In this document: one piece after another, positions 10,372 through 21,231 of the stretch
Numbering within the stretch: position 1 is the first letter of the stretch
Layout: each line of letters opens with the position of its first letter
NCBI GenBank assembly: GCA_045561575.1
Contig: JBJKXM010000072.1
Location: 1 to 62,219 of the forward strand
DNA: 62,219 nucleotides
Direction of reading: 5' to 3'
DNA from: Flavobacteriales bacterium
Lineage (GTDB): Bacteria; Bacteroidota; Bacteroidia; Flavobacteriales; BACL11
Made by a program: the position numbers and the translations under genes
The notes under the pieces: generated by a model
What the model was told of the DNA's origin: nothing
The model's input: the letters and a program-made list of their open reading frames with translations, nothing else
The model's database searches: none

Positions 10372-11442
10372 ATGATAAATTTAGAATTATCTTCTTTACA
10401 TAAATCCATTGGCGGTAAAATGGTTGATTATGCTGGCTTTAATATGGCTGTTCAATATGAAGGTGTTATTTCAGAACATTTAGCGGTTAGAAATCATGTT
10501 GGTGTTTTTGATGTTTCTCATATGGGTGAAATTTTTATAAGTGGAAATGAAGCCGCATTATTTTTACAATTTATTACCTCTAACGATATAAATAAATTAT
10601 ACCCTGGAAAAGTTCAATATTCTTGTTTGCCAAATAAAAAGGGTGGGATAGTAGATGATATTTTAGTTTACATGTTTGAAGAAAATTCATTTATGTTAGT
10701 TGTTAATGCATCTAATATTAAAAAGAATCTTGATTGGCTCAGCGATAATAATTCTTATGATTGTAAAATAGAAAATAAATCTAATGACTTTTCATTATTA
10801 GCTTTACAAGGACCTGAATCTTTAAATTTACTTCAGAAATTAACTAAGGTTAATTTATCTGATCTAGAATATTATACATTTACTCATGCAGAAGTTTCAG
10901 AAATAAATAATGTAATTATTTCAAGAACTGGATATACAGGTGAATTAGGATATGAATTATATGTGAAAAATAAATATGTTTTAAAATTATGGCAAGATTT
11001 ATTTCTAAATGATAAAAATTTAAAGCCAATTGGCCTTGCAGCTAGAAATACATTAAGACTTGAAAAAGGTTTCTGCTTGTATGGAAATGATATTAATGAT
11101 TTAACATCTCCTTTAGAAGCTGGACTTGGATGGATAACAAATCTTTCAAAAAATTTTATTAATTCTGATTATTTTGTGAAACAAAAAAATAATGGTTTAA
11201 AAAGAAAATTAGTTGGATTTGAAATTATTGGAAAAGGAATAGCAAGACAACATTACAAAGTATTTAATAATGATAATATAGATATTGGTACTGTTACCTC
11301 AGGATCTATGTCCCCAAGTCTTAATAAAGCAATAGGACTAGCTTATATAAACATAGATGAATCTAATATTGGAAATAATATTTTGATTCAAGTAAGGAAT
11401 AAGTTTCTTGATGCAAGAATTGTTAAATTTCCTTTTTTATAA
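10372..11442 (+). CDS. gcvT: Glycine cleavage system aminomethyltransferase (T protein)
   Basis: GVFDVSHMGE motif, GYTGELGYE, C-terminal barrel. 356 aa. Confidence 0.95.
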   Translation: MINLELSSLHKSIGGKMVDYAGFNMAVQYEGVISEHLAVRNHVGVFDVSHMGEIFISGNEAALFLQFITSNDINKLYPGKVQYSCLPNKKGGIVDDILVYMFEENSFMLVVNASNIKKNLDWLSDNNSYDCKIENKSNDFSLLALQGPESLNLLQKLTKVNLSDLEYYTFTHAEVSEINNVIISRTGYTGELGYELYVKNKYVLKLWQDLFLNDKNLKPIGLAARNTLRLEKGFCLYGNDINDLTSPLEAGLGWITNLSKNFINSDYFVKQKNNGLKRKLVGFEIIGKGIARQHYKVFNNDNIDIGTVTSGSMSPSLNKAIGLAYINIDESNIGNNILIQVRNKFLDARIVKFPFL

Positions 11443-12173
11443 TGTTATCTAAACAAAGTATTAACGTTTGTTTAGTTTCTGATCTATTTAAAAATTATCA
11501 TTTAACTGATTCTACAATTGTAGTAGTAGTGGATTTATTAAGAGCAACATCAGTTATATCAACTGCATTTCATTATGGAATAAAAGATATTATTCCAGTA
11601 TCATCTGTTTCTGATGCCAAGAAATTTTTAAATACAAAAAATACTATTGTCGCAGCTGAGAGAAATGCTGAAGCTCTAGATGGATTTGATTATGGAAATT
11701 CTCCTTTTCAGTATATGAACTCTGAAATAAAGAACAAAACATTAGTTTTAACTACTACTAATGGAACTAAAGCTATAAATATGGCAAAGAAGTTTCAAGT
11801 TATTACTGCTTGTTTTATTAATGTGGATTCTATTTGTAATTATTTAATTAATTCCAAAAGAGATGTTTTAATACTTTGTTCTGGCTGGAAAGGTGTTTTT
11901 AATTTAGAAGACTCAATATTTTCTGGATATTTAATAGATAGATTAACCTCACATAAAGAGTATAATATAAACTGTGATTCAGCGCAAGCTTCTCTACATC
12001 TCAATAAATTAGCAGAAGCAGATTATTTTAAATTTTTATCAAACTCAGCACATAGAAAGAGATTAAAAAATTTAAACATAGAAAAAGATACTATCTTTTG
12101 TTTAAATCCAAATATAAGTTCAAATATTATTCCAACATTAGTTGATGGAAGGTTAATTCAGATGAGCCTCTAG
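11442..12173 (+). CDS. 2-phosphosulfolactate phosphatase (ComB) family protein
   Basis: VVVDLLRATS and LTTTNGTKA motifs, 243 aa. Start overlaps the gcvT stop (TAATG). Confidence 0.7.
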   Translation: MLSKQSINVCLVSDLFKNYHLTDSTIVVVVDLLRATSVISTAFHYGIKDIIPVSSVSDAKKFLNTKNTIVAAERNAEALDGFDYGNSPFQYMNSEIKNKTLVLTTTNGTKAINMAKKFQVITACFINVDSICNYLINSKRDVLILCSGWKGVFNLEDSIFSGYLIDRLTSHKEYNINCDSAQASLHLNKLAEADYFKFLSNSAHRKRLKNLNIEKDTIFCLNPNISSNIIPTLVDGRLIQMSL

Positions 12174-13285
12174 TTTAACATTACTGGCATAACTAGCATA
12201 AGAGTATCTTCATTCTCTTCTTGACCATCAAGAGGTAAAATTATACCTGCTCTATTTGGTGCACTCATTTCTAGACATATTTGATCTGAACCAATATTAT
12301 TAAGCATATCAATAACAAATCTTGAATTAAAGCCTATTTCAATGTCTTCACCTTCATAGCTACATGTTAACCTCTCTTCAGCTTTATTAGCAAAGTCCAA
12401 GTCCTCAGATGTTATTTGTAATTGACTACCCGCTATTTTAAGACGAATCTGATGTGTAGTTTTACTAGCATAAATAGATACACGTTTTATTGAATTTAAC
12501 AATTCGTCTTTATTGATTACTAACTTATTTGGATTATCTTTTGGAATCACAGCATCATAGTTAGGATATTTTCCATCAATTAATCTGCATATTAAGGTTA
12601 TATTATCTAAAAGAAATCTAACATTAGTTTCATTAAATTCAACATTAATTTCTGAGTCATTATCAATATTGTTTTTTAGTAGAGATAATGGTTTCTTAGG
12701 TAAGATAAAAGATGAATTTGAGTTTGAAGATATTTTAGATCTTGTATGCTTAACTAGTTTATGAGCATCAGTTGCAACAAATGTTATAGATTCCTCTGAT
12801 AATTCACAAAAAACACCAGACATAACAGGACGAAGTTCATCATTGCCACTTGCAAATAAAGTTTTATTAATTGCATTAAAAAGAACTGTAGATGGAATTA
12901 AAAAAGATGAAGATGATGTTAATTCTGGAACCTTTGGAAATTCCTTTGCATCTTGACCAGCTAATTTATAATTTCCAGTTTCAGAACTAATTTCTATTCC
13001 TTTTGTATCTTCATCTACAAGAAATGTAAGTGGTTGATTAGAGAAGGTTTTTAATGTATCTATAAGAATTTTAGAAGGAATTGTAATCTGCCCATTAGAA
13101 GATGATTCAGTAGTTATTTCTGAAATCATAGTAGTTTCTAAATCAGAAGCTATAATCTTAATTTTACCATCTTCAATTTCAAACAAGAAATTATCAAGAA
13201 TAGGTAATGTGTTACTTGTACTAATTACTCCATTTAATTTTTGAAGTTCTTTTAAAAGAGTTGAGCTATTTACAATAAATTTCAT
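12170..13285 (-). CDS. dnaN: DNA polymerase III beta sliding clamp
   Basis: MKFIVNSSTLLKELQKLNGVI..., three-domain length of 371 aa, C-terminal LMLVMPVML. Confidence 0.95.
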   Translation of the reverse strand: MKFIVNSSTLLKELQKLNGVISTSNTLPILDNFLFEIEDGKIKIIASDLETTMISEITTESSSNGQITIPSKILIDTLKTFSNQPLTFLVDEDTKGIEISSETGNYKLAGQDAKEFPKVPELTSSSSFLIPSTVLFNAINKTLFASGNDELRPVMSGVFCELSEESITFVATDAHKLVKHTRSKISSNSNSSFILPKKPLSLLKNNIDNDSEINVEFNETNVRFLLDNITLICRLIDGKYPNYDAVIPKDNPNKLVINKDELLNSIKRVSIYASKTTHQIRLKIAGSQLQITSEDLDFANKAEERLTCSYEGEDIEIGFNSRFVIDMLNNIGSDQICLEMSAPNRAGIILPLDGQEENEDTLMLVMPVMLN

Positions 13286-13342
13286 GAATACAAATATTAA
13301 ATTATTCTTTTTTCAAATATAATTTAATAAGTAAAATATATA

Positions 13343-14302
13343 CTATAATTTTTCTGTAAAATCATCAATAGATATAAACACTTTGTTAAAAACATACTTT
13401 TGAATTAACATGTACTCACCACCATTTAATCGTGCATACAATCTTTCAACATTTGGCTCAGATTGATTTTTATTATTATTTCTTTTTGAGAATGAATAAA
13501 CATCGAGAGTATCTGTTTTACCATTGTGTTTTATTGATAATTTATACAAATATTTTTCATCAGAGATATCAATATTAAATCCTTTATACTTTTCACATTC
13601 TAAATCTGAAAATAAATTGAAATATTCAACAATAAAATTTAAATTATATTTTATTTTATTGCCTTCATAATTCTCAAGAGTTAATGGTTTCTTTTTAATT
13701 TTAAATGATTTGTAAGAATCTTGAATATTAATTAAAGTAATTTCCTCAATATTTTCAGATTCAATATTAAATATTGAATTATTTCTCCATTTAGTAATAT
13801 CTAGCTCATAGCCCTGAATACCATATCTGGGGGATAAAAAACCATTAAAACCAGGGATATGCATAATATATGGGTTATCTGAGTTATCCATTAACATATA
13901 TGTTCCTAAATGATCACTTGTAGACCCACCAACAGTATATGTTTTAACTTTATTATTATAATAAATTTCAATTTTAACTCCAGTAGTAGCTAATTGTTTT
14001 ATCACATTATTAAATGAGCTGTTAGAAACAGGTCTTTGTACTTCTATTTCTTTTATTGTAGTTAACAATGTGGTAATAGCATCATTTCTAACAAGAAAAG
14101 TGTCATTAATTATCCAACTATCATTTTTTTTATTTAAAATCAAATTTGTTCCTTTTCTATCACTTAAAAATATTTTTTCTATTTCATCTATATTTTCAAT
14201 TGCAAATTTTTTCTCTAATTCCTTCTTATTTTCAGTGTAATTGTCATAAAAAAAATAACAAATTAACAAGGCTATACAAATAATTGAAATCTTCTTAATC
14301 AT
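13343..14302 (-). CDS. DUF4340-like membrane-anchored protein (GldG-associated)
   Basis: N-terminal TM segment. Lies immediately downstream of gldG with an 8-nt overlap, the usual partner position of DUF4340 proteins. Confidence 0.55.
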   Translation of the reverse strand: MIKKISIICIALLICYFFYDNYTENKKELEKKFAIENIDEIEKIFLSDRKGTNLILNKKNDSWIINDTFLVRNDAITTLLTTIKEIEVQRPVSNSSFNNVIKQLATTGVKIEIYYNNKVKTYTVGGSTSDHLGTYMLMDNSDNPYIMHIPGFNGFLSPRYGIQGYELDITKWRNNSIFNIESENIEEITLINIQDSYKSFKIKKKPLTLENYEGNKIKYNLNFIVEYFNLFSDLECEKYKGFNIDISDEKYLYKLSIKHNGKTDTLDVYSFSKRNNNKNQSEPNVERLYARLNGGEYMLIQKYVFNKVFISIDDFTEKL

Positions 14303-16011
14303 ATTTTACACTGTAAAGCTTATTAATAAATAATATACTAATTATAAAAATTAATAAAGGGATGAAGATATTTAAAAAAACGATTAAACTTTTATTATCT
14401 GAAATAATTTCATTATTCAAAAGTCTAAGTTTTATATTTTTTGCTCTAAGATTTAGCAGACCATCATTATCAGTTAAATACTGAATAGCATTCATTATAA
14501 ATTCTTTATTTCCATTAAATGTATAGTTTATATATTTATCATAACCAAGAGGAAAAGCATTTTCATTTTTAGTAATTTCATTTGCAATTAAATCACCATC
14601 CGATACAACAATTATACTGGTACTGTCACTATAATTTTTAACTTTAATGTTATTATTTTTTGGTATGATTCTATCCTTAAAAACAGAAGTAAATTTACCT
14701 GATAATAAAACAGCTAAGGGTAAATTGCTTTTGTTATAACTTTCTATTGGTGGTGGGTTTTCTATGATGCCCAAACTAACCTTTGTAGGAGTTTGTATAA
14801 CTCTTGAATTAATTGAACTCTCCAATAAAATTGTTTTTTTAATATCATTTTTTAATGTATCAATAGAGCTAATAAAATCACACTTTATTCCATCTAAATT
14901 CTTTGAAATAGGATGATTTAAATTACTAGAAAGTAATGGGTAGTAAGGCCATTTAAATAATTCTTGTAAAGGACGGTTATTACTAAATCCAGTCACAATA
15001 GGGATTTCAGTAGATCTTAAATCTTGGACAAAATCAGAATTAACTCTTAAACCATATTTAAATAATTGATCATCAAGATTTAAATCATTTTTGGTAGAAA
15101 TAAAATAACCTTTTTCATTATTTAAACTATCAATAGATCCACTTGCCCCATCAATAAATAATAATAATTTTCCACCGTTCATAATGTATTGGTCAATTAA
15201 AAATTTATCAAGCTTATTGAAAGGAATCGTTGGTTTTGCAATAATGATAAGTTTATATCTATTTAATTTTTTAAGTTGTAGTTCAATATTTGGTTCATTA
15301 TTGATACTATCATATTCAAATTCTTTAATGTTAAACTCCTCTACGTTGTAGTAGTAATTTAGATTGTTATTATCATTATTAACTGAGTTTGTAATATCAA
15401 AAGTTTGATTGCTATTTAATTCACCATTTCCAGTTAAAAAAGCAATATTCTCGTTTTGATTATTTATCAACTTACTAATAGCCGAGATAATATGAAACTC
15501 AATATTTTCTATTGAATTATTGATATTATTTTGTGGTGATAAAGAAAAATTATTTTCTAATAGATTAATTGCTTCTCTTTTATCCTTATAATACATTATT
15601 GCACCTGGAAAAATGATTTTTCTAGATGTTTCATTACTTTTCTTTACAGTTAAATCAGTTGGGTACAGTCCTTGATTTTGTAATTGTTTATAAATTTCAT
15701 TTGTTTTAATTTCATCATTGTCATTTGGATTAATGAATTCAAATTCTAATAAGCTATTTTCTTTTTTACAATTAATTAAAAAATTATTTATTGAATTACT
15801 AAGTATTTCAAAGCCAGTAGGAAGATTACCTTCAAGATAAACTTTGACAGATAAAATATCATCAATATTAGAAAGTATTTTTTTTACTGTTATCTGATAA
15901 TGTATATTTTTTATCTTCAGTTAAATCAATATTAAAGGAAAAGTAATTACTTAAAACATTAAAAAATATTATTGCTATAATAATTGTAAATATTTTATTG
16001 AATTTTTTCAT
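14295..16011 (-). pseudogene. gldG: Gliding-motility ABC-transporter auxiliary component GldG, frame broken as sequenced (one extra A in an A8 tract)
   Basis: The tracked ORF 14295..15596 is only the C-terminal part. My translation upstream gives MKKFNKIFTIIIIAIIFFNVLSNYFSFNIDLTEDKKYTLSDNSKK (ATG at 16011), then a stop. The continuation ILSNIDDILSVKVYLEGNLPTGFE...IFPGAIMYYKDK is in the +1 frame. The junction is the T8 run on the plus strand at 15878..15885. Removing one base gives a 571-aa protein. Confidence 0.85.
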
Positions 16012-16012
16012 A

Positions 16013-16739
16013 TTACTTTTTTTCAATATTTAATTTACAAAGCATGATAAAAAGTATTGATAAAGAAACAAAATAAACTATATCAGTAGTAGAAATTAAA
16101 CCTTTACTTAATAATTCATAGTGATTAATTATCCCCATTTTTTGAATAACTAAACTTGCACTACCATTATCTACAAGTTGACTTATAATATCAAAACCAT
16201 AATAAAAGAATATATTTAAGAAAACTCCAATAATAAAGGAGTTAAGCTGATTTCTAGAAAGTGATGATGCAAAAATTGATATGCAGGAAAATACAAGACA
16301 TAAAAATAATAATCCAATATAAGAACCCACAGTAGCTCCTATGTCAAGATTACCTATTTCCTCTCCAATAAAATATATTGTTATAGGATAAATAATAGTT
16401 GGAATTATCGACAGAAAAACAATAAAAAAAACCGAATAAAATTTAGCCAAAACAATATTAAGTTTACTGATTGGTTTTGAAAATAAAATATCGATAGTAT
16501 TATTCTTATATTCTTCAGAAAATGAACGCATTGCAATTGCAGGGATAAATATTAGGTATATGATAGGAGATAAACTGAAAAAAAGTACTAAAATCTGCAT
16601 ATCCATTTTCTAAAATATTTAAATTAAAAATATTAGTAAATAATATTAAACTGTAAACTAATAAAAGAATAGATACAGTAATTAAACCAATTTTATTTTT
16701 AGTAAATAGTAAAAGTTCTTTTTTAAATATGGCAATCAT
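16013..16739 (-). pseudogene. gldF: Gliding-motility ABC-transporter permease GldF, frame broken as sequenced (one extra T in a sense-strand T7 tract)
   Basis: ORFs 16515..16739 (...ENGYADFSTFF) and 16013..16606 (...SLSPIIYLIFIPAIAMRSFSEE...) are two halves of one ABC-2 permease. They join at the A7 run on the plus strand at 16578..16584. Removing one base gives 241 aa. Confidence 0.85.
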
Positions 16740-17521
16740 TTAAATTCTATTCTTATTGTATCAAAAAAATTTAAACCTAAAAGTGAATTTGCGTTACCTT
16801 GATTTATTGATATTTGAAGGTAATTATTACTGTTAAATATAGCTAATTTTTCAGCAATTTCAACTTCTTTATATTTAGTAGATAGTTTTTTAATTTCTTC
16901 ATCTTCTCTTCCAAAGAGTATTGAGAAATTTCTACTTCTTCTATTTTTTTCAAATGTTTTATAATCAATATTTGTTATTGCATTTCCATAGTTATCTATA
17001 TAAGTTACTACACCTTTTATTAAATTAGATTCAATTACAGGCATTAAAATGTTCTTCTTTATTTTAAAATCATCTATTTCCTTTCCAATTAACTCTAAGG
17101 TACCACCTCTTTTTAAATGACATGCAGCGATAACAAATACGTCTCTTGATGCAAATGTTAGATAATCTGTTTTTTGACTTATATTCAATGAAACAATTTT
17201 GTCAGGTTTAAAATCATCTAATAGTATTGAAAAAAAACCATTATCAGCACCAATAAAATAATGTCCATGAGCATATACAGCTACATGATCATTTTCAGCT
17301 GATAATTCATCATCAATTGCTATGATATGAACAGTGTCTCTAGGAAAATCTTTGTAACAATTTTTTAAGACCAAGGCACCTTGTAAAATATTAAAATGAT
17401 CTATCTCATGAGAAATATCAACAATATTTACATTATCAATCTGACTTAGGATATTTGCTTTTAAAGATGGTAAATAATAATCTTTATTTCCTAAGTCTGA
17501 AGTAAGTGTAATTATAGACAT
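16736..17521 (-). CDS. SAM hydrolase / SAM hydroxide adenosyltransferase family protein (DUF62)
   Basis: N-terminus IITLTSDLGNKDYY, then IDISH, and a C-terminal beta-barrel domain. 261 aa. Its stop overlaps the gldF start (ATGA). Confidence 0.75.
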   Translation of the reverse strand: MSIITLTSDLGNKDYYLPSLKANILSQIDNVNIVDISHEIDHFNILQGALVLKNCYKDFPRDTVHIIAIDDELSAENDHVAVYAHGHYFIGADNGFFSILLDDFKPDKIVSLNISQKTDYLTFASRDVFVIAACHLKRGGTLELIGKEIDDFKIKKNILMPVIESNLIKGVVTYIDNYGNAITNIDYKTFEKNRRSRNFSILFGREDEEIKKLSTKYKEVEIAEKLAIFNSNNYLQISINQGNANSLLGLNFFDTIRIEFK

Positions 17522-17609
17522 TAATTAGTTAAAATGTGTTGTAGAAGTAGATTAAAAATTGTTATTTCGTATTTCAAAATTAAGAAGAAAATGATGAACG
17601 AAATAAGTA

Positions 17610-18533
17610 ATGAGTGAGAAATTAATAACAATAAAGGATAACGACTTAAATAAAATTTTAGGATCTAACAATTCAAAATTTAATAAGATTAAAAGGTTGT
17701 TTCCTCATATTAAACTTATTTCACGTGGTGATAAAATTAAAGTTGTAGGTTCTAAAGATGAAATAATTCATTTTGAATCTAAATTTAATCTATTTATCGA
17801 TCATCTAAATAAATACAATTCACTTACAATTAATCAAATTGAAAGGATAATTGAGGGCAAAGAGAATATATTAAATGGTGATGCTAAAATCATTGTTCAC
17901 GGAAAAAATGGAAACTTAATTAAAGCAAAAACATTAAACCAAAGAAAAATGGTTGACTCCATTGAAAAAAATGATATAGTTTTTGCAATTGGACCAGCTG
18001 GTACTGGTAAAACATATACTTCAGTTGCTTTAGCAGTTAAATATTTAAAAGAAAAAAAAGTTAAACGAATTATTCTAATTAGACCCGCAATTGAAGTTGG
18101 AGAAAATTTAGGATTTTTACCTGGTGATTTAAAAGAAAAATTAGATCCTTATATGCAGCCAATATATGATGCACTTTTTGATATGATTCCTTTTACAAAA
18201 TTAAATGATTATATAGAAGATGGAACTATACAAATATCTCCATTAGCTTTTATGAGGGGTAGAACATTAGATAATGCATTTGTAATTCTTGATGAAGGAC
18301 AAAATACAACACAACATCAAATGAAGATGTTCTTAACTCGTATGGGACAATCAGCCAAATTTATAATTACTGGAGATTTAACACAAGTTGATTTACCTAT
18401 CAACAAAAAATCAGGCCTTTTACATGCCAAAAAGATTTTAAAAGACATAAAAAATATTAGTTTTATAAATCTTGATGAGAAAGATATCATAAGACATAAA
18501 TTAGTTAAACAAATTATTAATGCTTACAAATAG
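17610..18533 (+). CDS. phoH: PhoH-family ATPase
   Basis: Walker [26 protein letters not shown]. Confidence 0.9.
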   Translation: MSEKLITIKDNDLNKILGSNNSKFNKIKRLFPHIKLISRGDKIKVVGSKDEIIHFESKFNLFIDHLNKYNSLTINQIERIIEGKENILNGDAKIIVHGKNGNLIKAKTLNQRKMVDSIEKNDIVFAIGPAGTGKTYTSVALAVKYLKEKKVKRIILIRPAIEVGENLGFLPGDLKEKLDPYMQPIYDALFDMIPFTKLNDYIEDGTIQISPLAFMRGRTLDNAFVILDEGQNTTQHQMKMFLTRMGQSAKFIITGDLTQVDLPINKKSGLLHAKKILKDIKNISFINLDEKDIIRHKLVKQIINAYK

Positions 18534-18537
18534 AAAA

Positions 18538-19482
18538 ATGAATACAATTACAAAGACTAACTTTAATTTTCCAAACCAAACGAACCTTTACAAAGGCAAG
18601 GTTAGAGATGTTTATACAATAGGGAATGATAAACTTGTTATGATAGCATCTGACAGAATATCAGCATTTGATCATGTATTGCCAAAAGGAATTCCTTATA
18701 AGGGTCAAGTATTAAATCAAATTGCCTCAAAATTTTTAGATGCTACAGCTGATATTTTACCAAACTGGAAAGAAGCTAGTCCAGACCCTAGTGTAACAGT
18801 AGGAAAGAGATGTGAGCCATTTAAAGTTGAAATGGTTATAAGAGGTTATTTAACTGGTCATGCTTGGAGAGAATACAAGTCTGGTAAACGATTATTGTGT
18901 GGAGTTCCAATGCCTGATAATATGGTAGAGAATCAGAAGTTTCCTTCTCCAATTATAACTCCAACAACTAAAGCAGATGTAGGTCATGATGAGGATATCA
19001 CTCGAGAAGATATATTAGCAACTAATCTTGTTTCTGAAAAAGATTATATAAAATTAGAAGAATATACATATGCTTTATTTCAAAGAGGAACAGAAATTGC
19101 TGAAGAAAAAGGATTGATTCTTGTAGATACAAAATATGAATTTGGTAAAGATTCAGAAGGAGTAATAACATTAATTGATGAAATTCACACACCAGATTCT
19201 TCTAGATATTTTTATTTAGATGGATATGAAAATAAAATAGAAAATAATTTACCTCAAAAACAATTATCGAAAGAGTTTGTAAGACAGTGGCTAATTGAAA
19301 ATGGATTCCAAGGTAAAGAAGGGCAAAATATTCCTGAGATGACTAAAGACTATTGTAATCAAGTTGCTGAAAGATATATAGAATTATTTGAACTTATTAC
19401 AGGAGATAAATTCATTAAAGAGGATGTGTCTGATGTAATTAATAGAGTAGAGGATAATATATCAAACTACCTAAATAGTTAA
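18538..19482 (+). CDS. purC: Phosphoribosylaminoimidazole-succinocarboxamide (SAICAR) synthase
   Basis: [30 protein letters not shown] motifs. The tracked ORF starts at 18520, but the ATG at 18538 avoids overlap with phoH. Start is uncertain. Confidence 0.9.
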   Translation: MNTITKTNFNFPNQTNLYKGKVRDVYTIGNDKLVMIASDRISAFDHVLPKGIPYKGQVLNQIASKFLDATADILPNWKEASPDPSVTVGKRCEPFKVEMVIRGYLTGHAWREYKSGKRLLCGVPMPDNMVENQKFPSPIITPTTKADVGHDEDITREDILATNLVSEKDYIKLEEYTYALFQRGTEIAEEKGLILVDTKYEFGKDSEGVITLIDEIHTPDSSRYFYLDGYENKIENNLPQKQLSKEFVRQWLIENGFQGKEGQNIPEMTKDYCNQVAERYIELFELITGDKFIKEDVSDVINRVEDNISNYLNS

Positions 19483-19483
19483 T

Positions 19484-20611
19484 TTGTTTTTCTCATACTA
19501 CAGTAATTTAGAATACCATATTTTAATATTTCTTTGTATTTGTTGGTTTTTTCTAATAGTTCAGATTATTTACAACATATATTTCTTTAGAAAATTAATA
19601 GTTTTCAAAGAGCATAAAGGCTCAAATAAATCTGGGATTTCAGTTATTATTTGTGCTAAAAATGAATACGATAATCTCAAAAAGAATTTAAAAACATTTT
19701 TAACTCAAGATTTTATAAATTATGAAGTTATCGTTGTTAATGATCAATCTAATGACAATACAAAAGATTTATTAAATGAATATGAAAAAACATTTTTTAG
19801 ATTAAAAGTTGTAAATATTGATGAAAATGTAAATCATGTTATTGGTAAAAAATTTGCTTTAACTCTAGCAATAAAATCAGCAAAATATGAAAATCTACTT
19901 TTAACAGATGCTGATTGTTACGTTGAAAGTAACAAGTGGATTTCATCTATGGCCTCTAATTTCAATAAATATGATGTTGTCTTAGGATATGGAGCATATC
20001 AAAAAGAAAAAGGGTTGCTTAATAAATTCATAAGATTTGACACTTATATTATTGCAATGCAATACTTTTCATATGCGTTAAAATCTTTAACTTATATGGG
20101 TGTTGGAAGAAACTTGGCATATAAAAAGTCTATATTCTTTAAAAATAAAGGTTTTGCAAATCATCTACACGTATCATCTGGTGACGATGATTTATTTATT
20201 AGAGAAGTTTCAAAAAAATATAAAGTTGGTATTGAGTTGTCTGAAAAATCTCATACGATATCTATTCCCAAAATAACATGGAAAGATTGGTATGCTCAAA
20301 AGAGAAGACATCTAACAACTTCTCCGCTTTATGATAATAAGATTAAGTTTTTTCTTTCATTCTATTCAATCTCTCAATTCTTATTTTTTTCCTTGCTTTT
20401 TTATCTTTTTTACCTGCAAGTTTCTTACTTTATATGGGGACCTTTAGTAACATTAAAGCTTTTTCTTATTTATTTAATTAATTATCCATTAATGAAAAAA
20501 TTAAATTGCTCAGATTTATTTTTACTGTCTCCAATCTATGAAGTTTTTAATTTAGTATTTCAAGGCTCTTTATTTATTTTTAGTATTAATAATAATCATA
20601 ATCGTTGGTAA
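19484..20611 (+). CDS. Family 2 glycosyltransferase with C-terminal TM segments
   Basis: ISVIICAKNEYDNL, VVNDQSNDNT, TDADC (DxD-like). Non-ATG (TTG) start inferred because there is no upstream in-frame ATG. Confidence 0.7.
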   Translation: MFFSYYSNLEYHILIFLCICWFFLIVQIIYNIYFFRKLIVFKEHKGSNKSGISVIICAKNEYDNLKKNLKTFLTQDFINYEVIVVNDQSNDNTKDLLNEYEKTFFRLKVVNIDENVNHVIGKKFALTLAIKSAKYENLLLTDADCYVESNKWISSMASNFNKYDVVLGYGAYQKEKGLLNKFIRFDTYIIAMQYFSYALKSLTYMGVGRNLAYKKSIFFKNKGFANHLHVSSGDDDLFIREVSKKYKVGIELSEKSHTISIPKITWKDWYAQKRRHLTTSPLYDNKIKFFLSFYSISQFLFFSLLFYLFYLQVSYFIWGPLVTLKLFLIYLINYPLMKKLNCSDLFLLSPIYEVFNLVFQGSLFIFSINNNHNRW

Positions 20612-20616
20612 AAGAC

Positions 20617-21231
20617 ATGAGATTAATTTTAAAATATTTTCCGAATTTAACCGATGATCAAATTCAAAAGTTTAAAGAATTAGAAATATTATATAAAGAA
20701 TGGAATAGCCGAATTAATGTAATATCTAGAAAAGATATTGACGATTTGTATTTAAAACATGTATTACATTCATTATCTATTGCTAAGTTCATTTCATTTA
20801 AAAAAAATACATCAATTTTAGATGTTGGTACTGGTGGCGGCTTTCCTGGAATACCATTAGCAATTATATTCCCAGATTGTAATTTTTTACTAGTTGATAG
20901 TATTAATAAAAAGATTAATGTTGTTAAAGAAATTTCTAACACTCTAAAATTAACTAATATATCATATAATGCAATCAGAGTTGAGAAACTTAAAACAAAA
21001 CATGATTTTATTGTTTCGAGAGCTGTTACTAGAATGAATAAATTTAGAAATTTAGTTAAAGGATTAATCTCTAACAAAAATGACAATAAGATTAAAAATG
21101 GAATAATCTATTTAAAAGGAGGTGATTTAACTGATGAAATGATGAATATTAAGCATCAAAAAGTTAACATATCTGATTATTTTGATGAAGTATTTTTTGA
21201 AACTAAGAAGATTGTATACTTAGAAAATTAA
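20617..21231 (+). CDS. rsmG: 16S rRNA (guanine527-N7)-methyltransferase
   Basis: GidB family. DVGTGGGFPGIPLAI SAM motif, VSRAV. The ATG at 20617 is preferred over the tracked alternative start at 20605. Confidence 0.9.
   Translation: MRLILKYFPNLTDDQIQKFKELEILYKEWNSRINVISRKDIDDLYLKHVLHSLSIAKFISFKKNTSILDVGTGGGFPGIPLAIIFPDCNFLLVDSINKKINVVKEISNTLKLTNISYNAIRVEKLKTKHDFIVSRAVTRMNKFRNLVKGLISNKNDNKIKNGIIYLKGGDLTDEMMNIKHQKVNISDYFDEVFFETKKIVYLEN

Noticed and set aside
15597-16012. An apparently non-coding 416-bp gap between the tracked gldG ORF and gldF.
   Set aside because: It is the N-terminal coding part of gldG in two frames (see the frameshift at 15878..15885), not intergenic DNA.
17610-18533. 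PhoH, RecF (29429..30532) and RecN (51717..53348) ATPases as possible components of a defence system (SMC/OLD/AAA-like).
   Set aside because: All three carry the canonical family signatures and lengths and sit in housekeeping contexts with no nuclease, effector or sensor partners.
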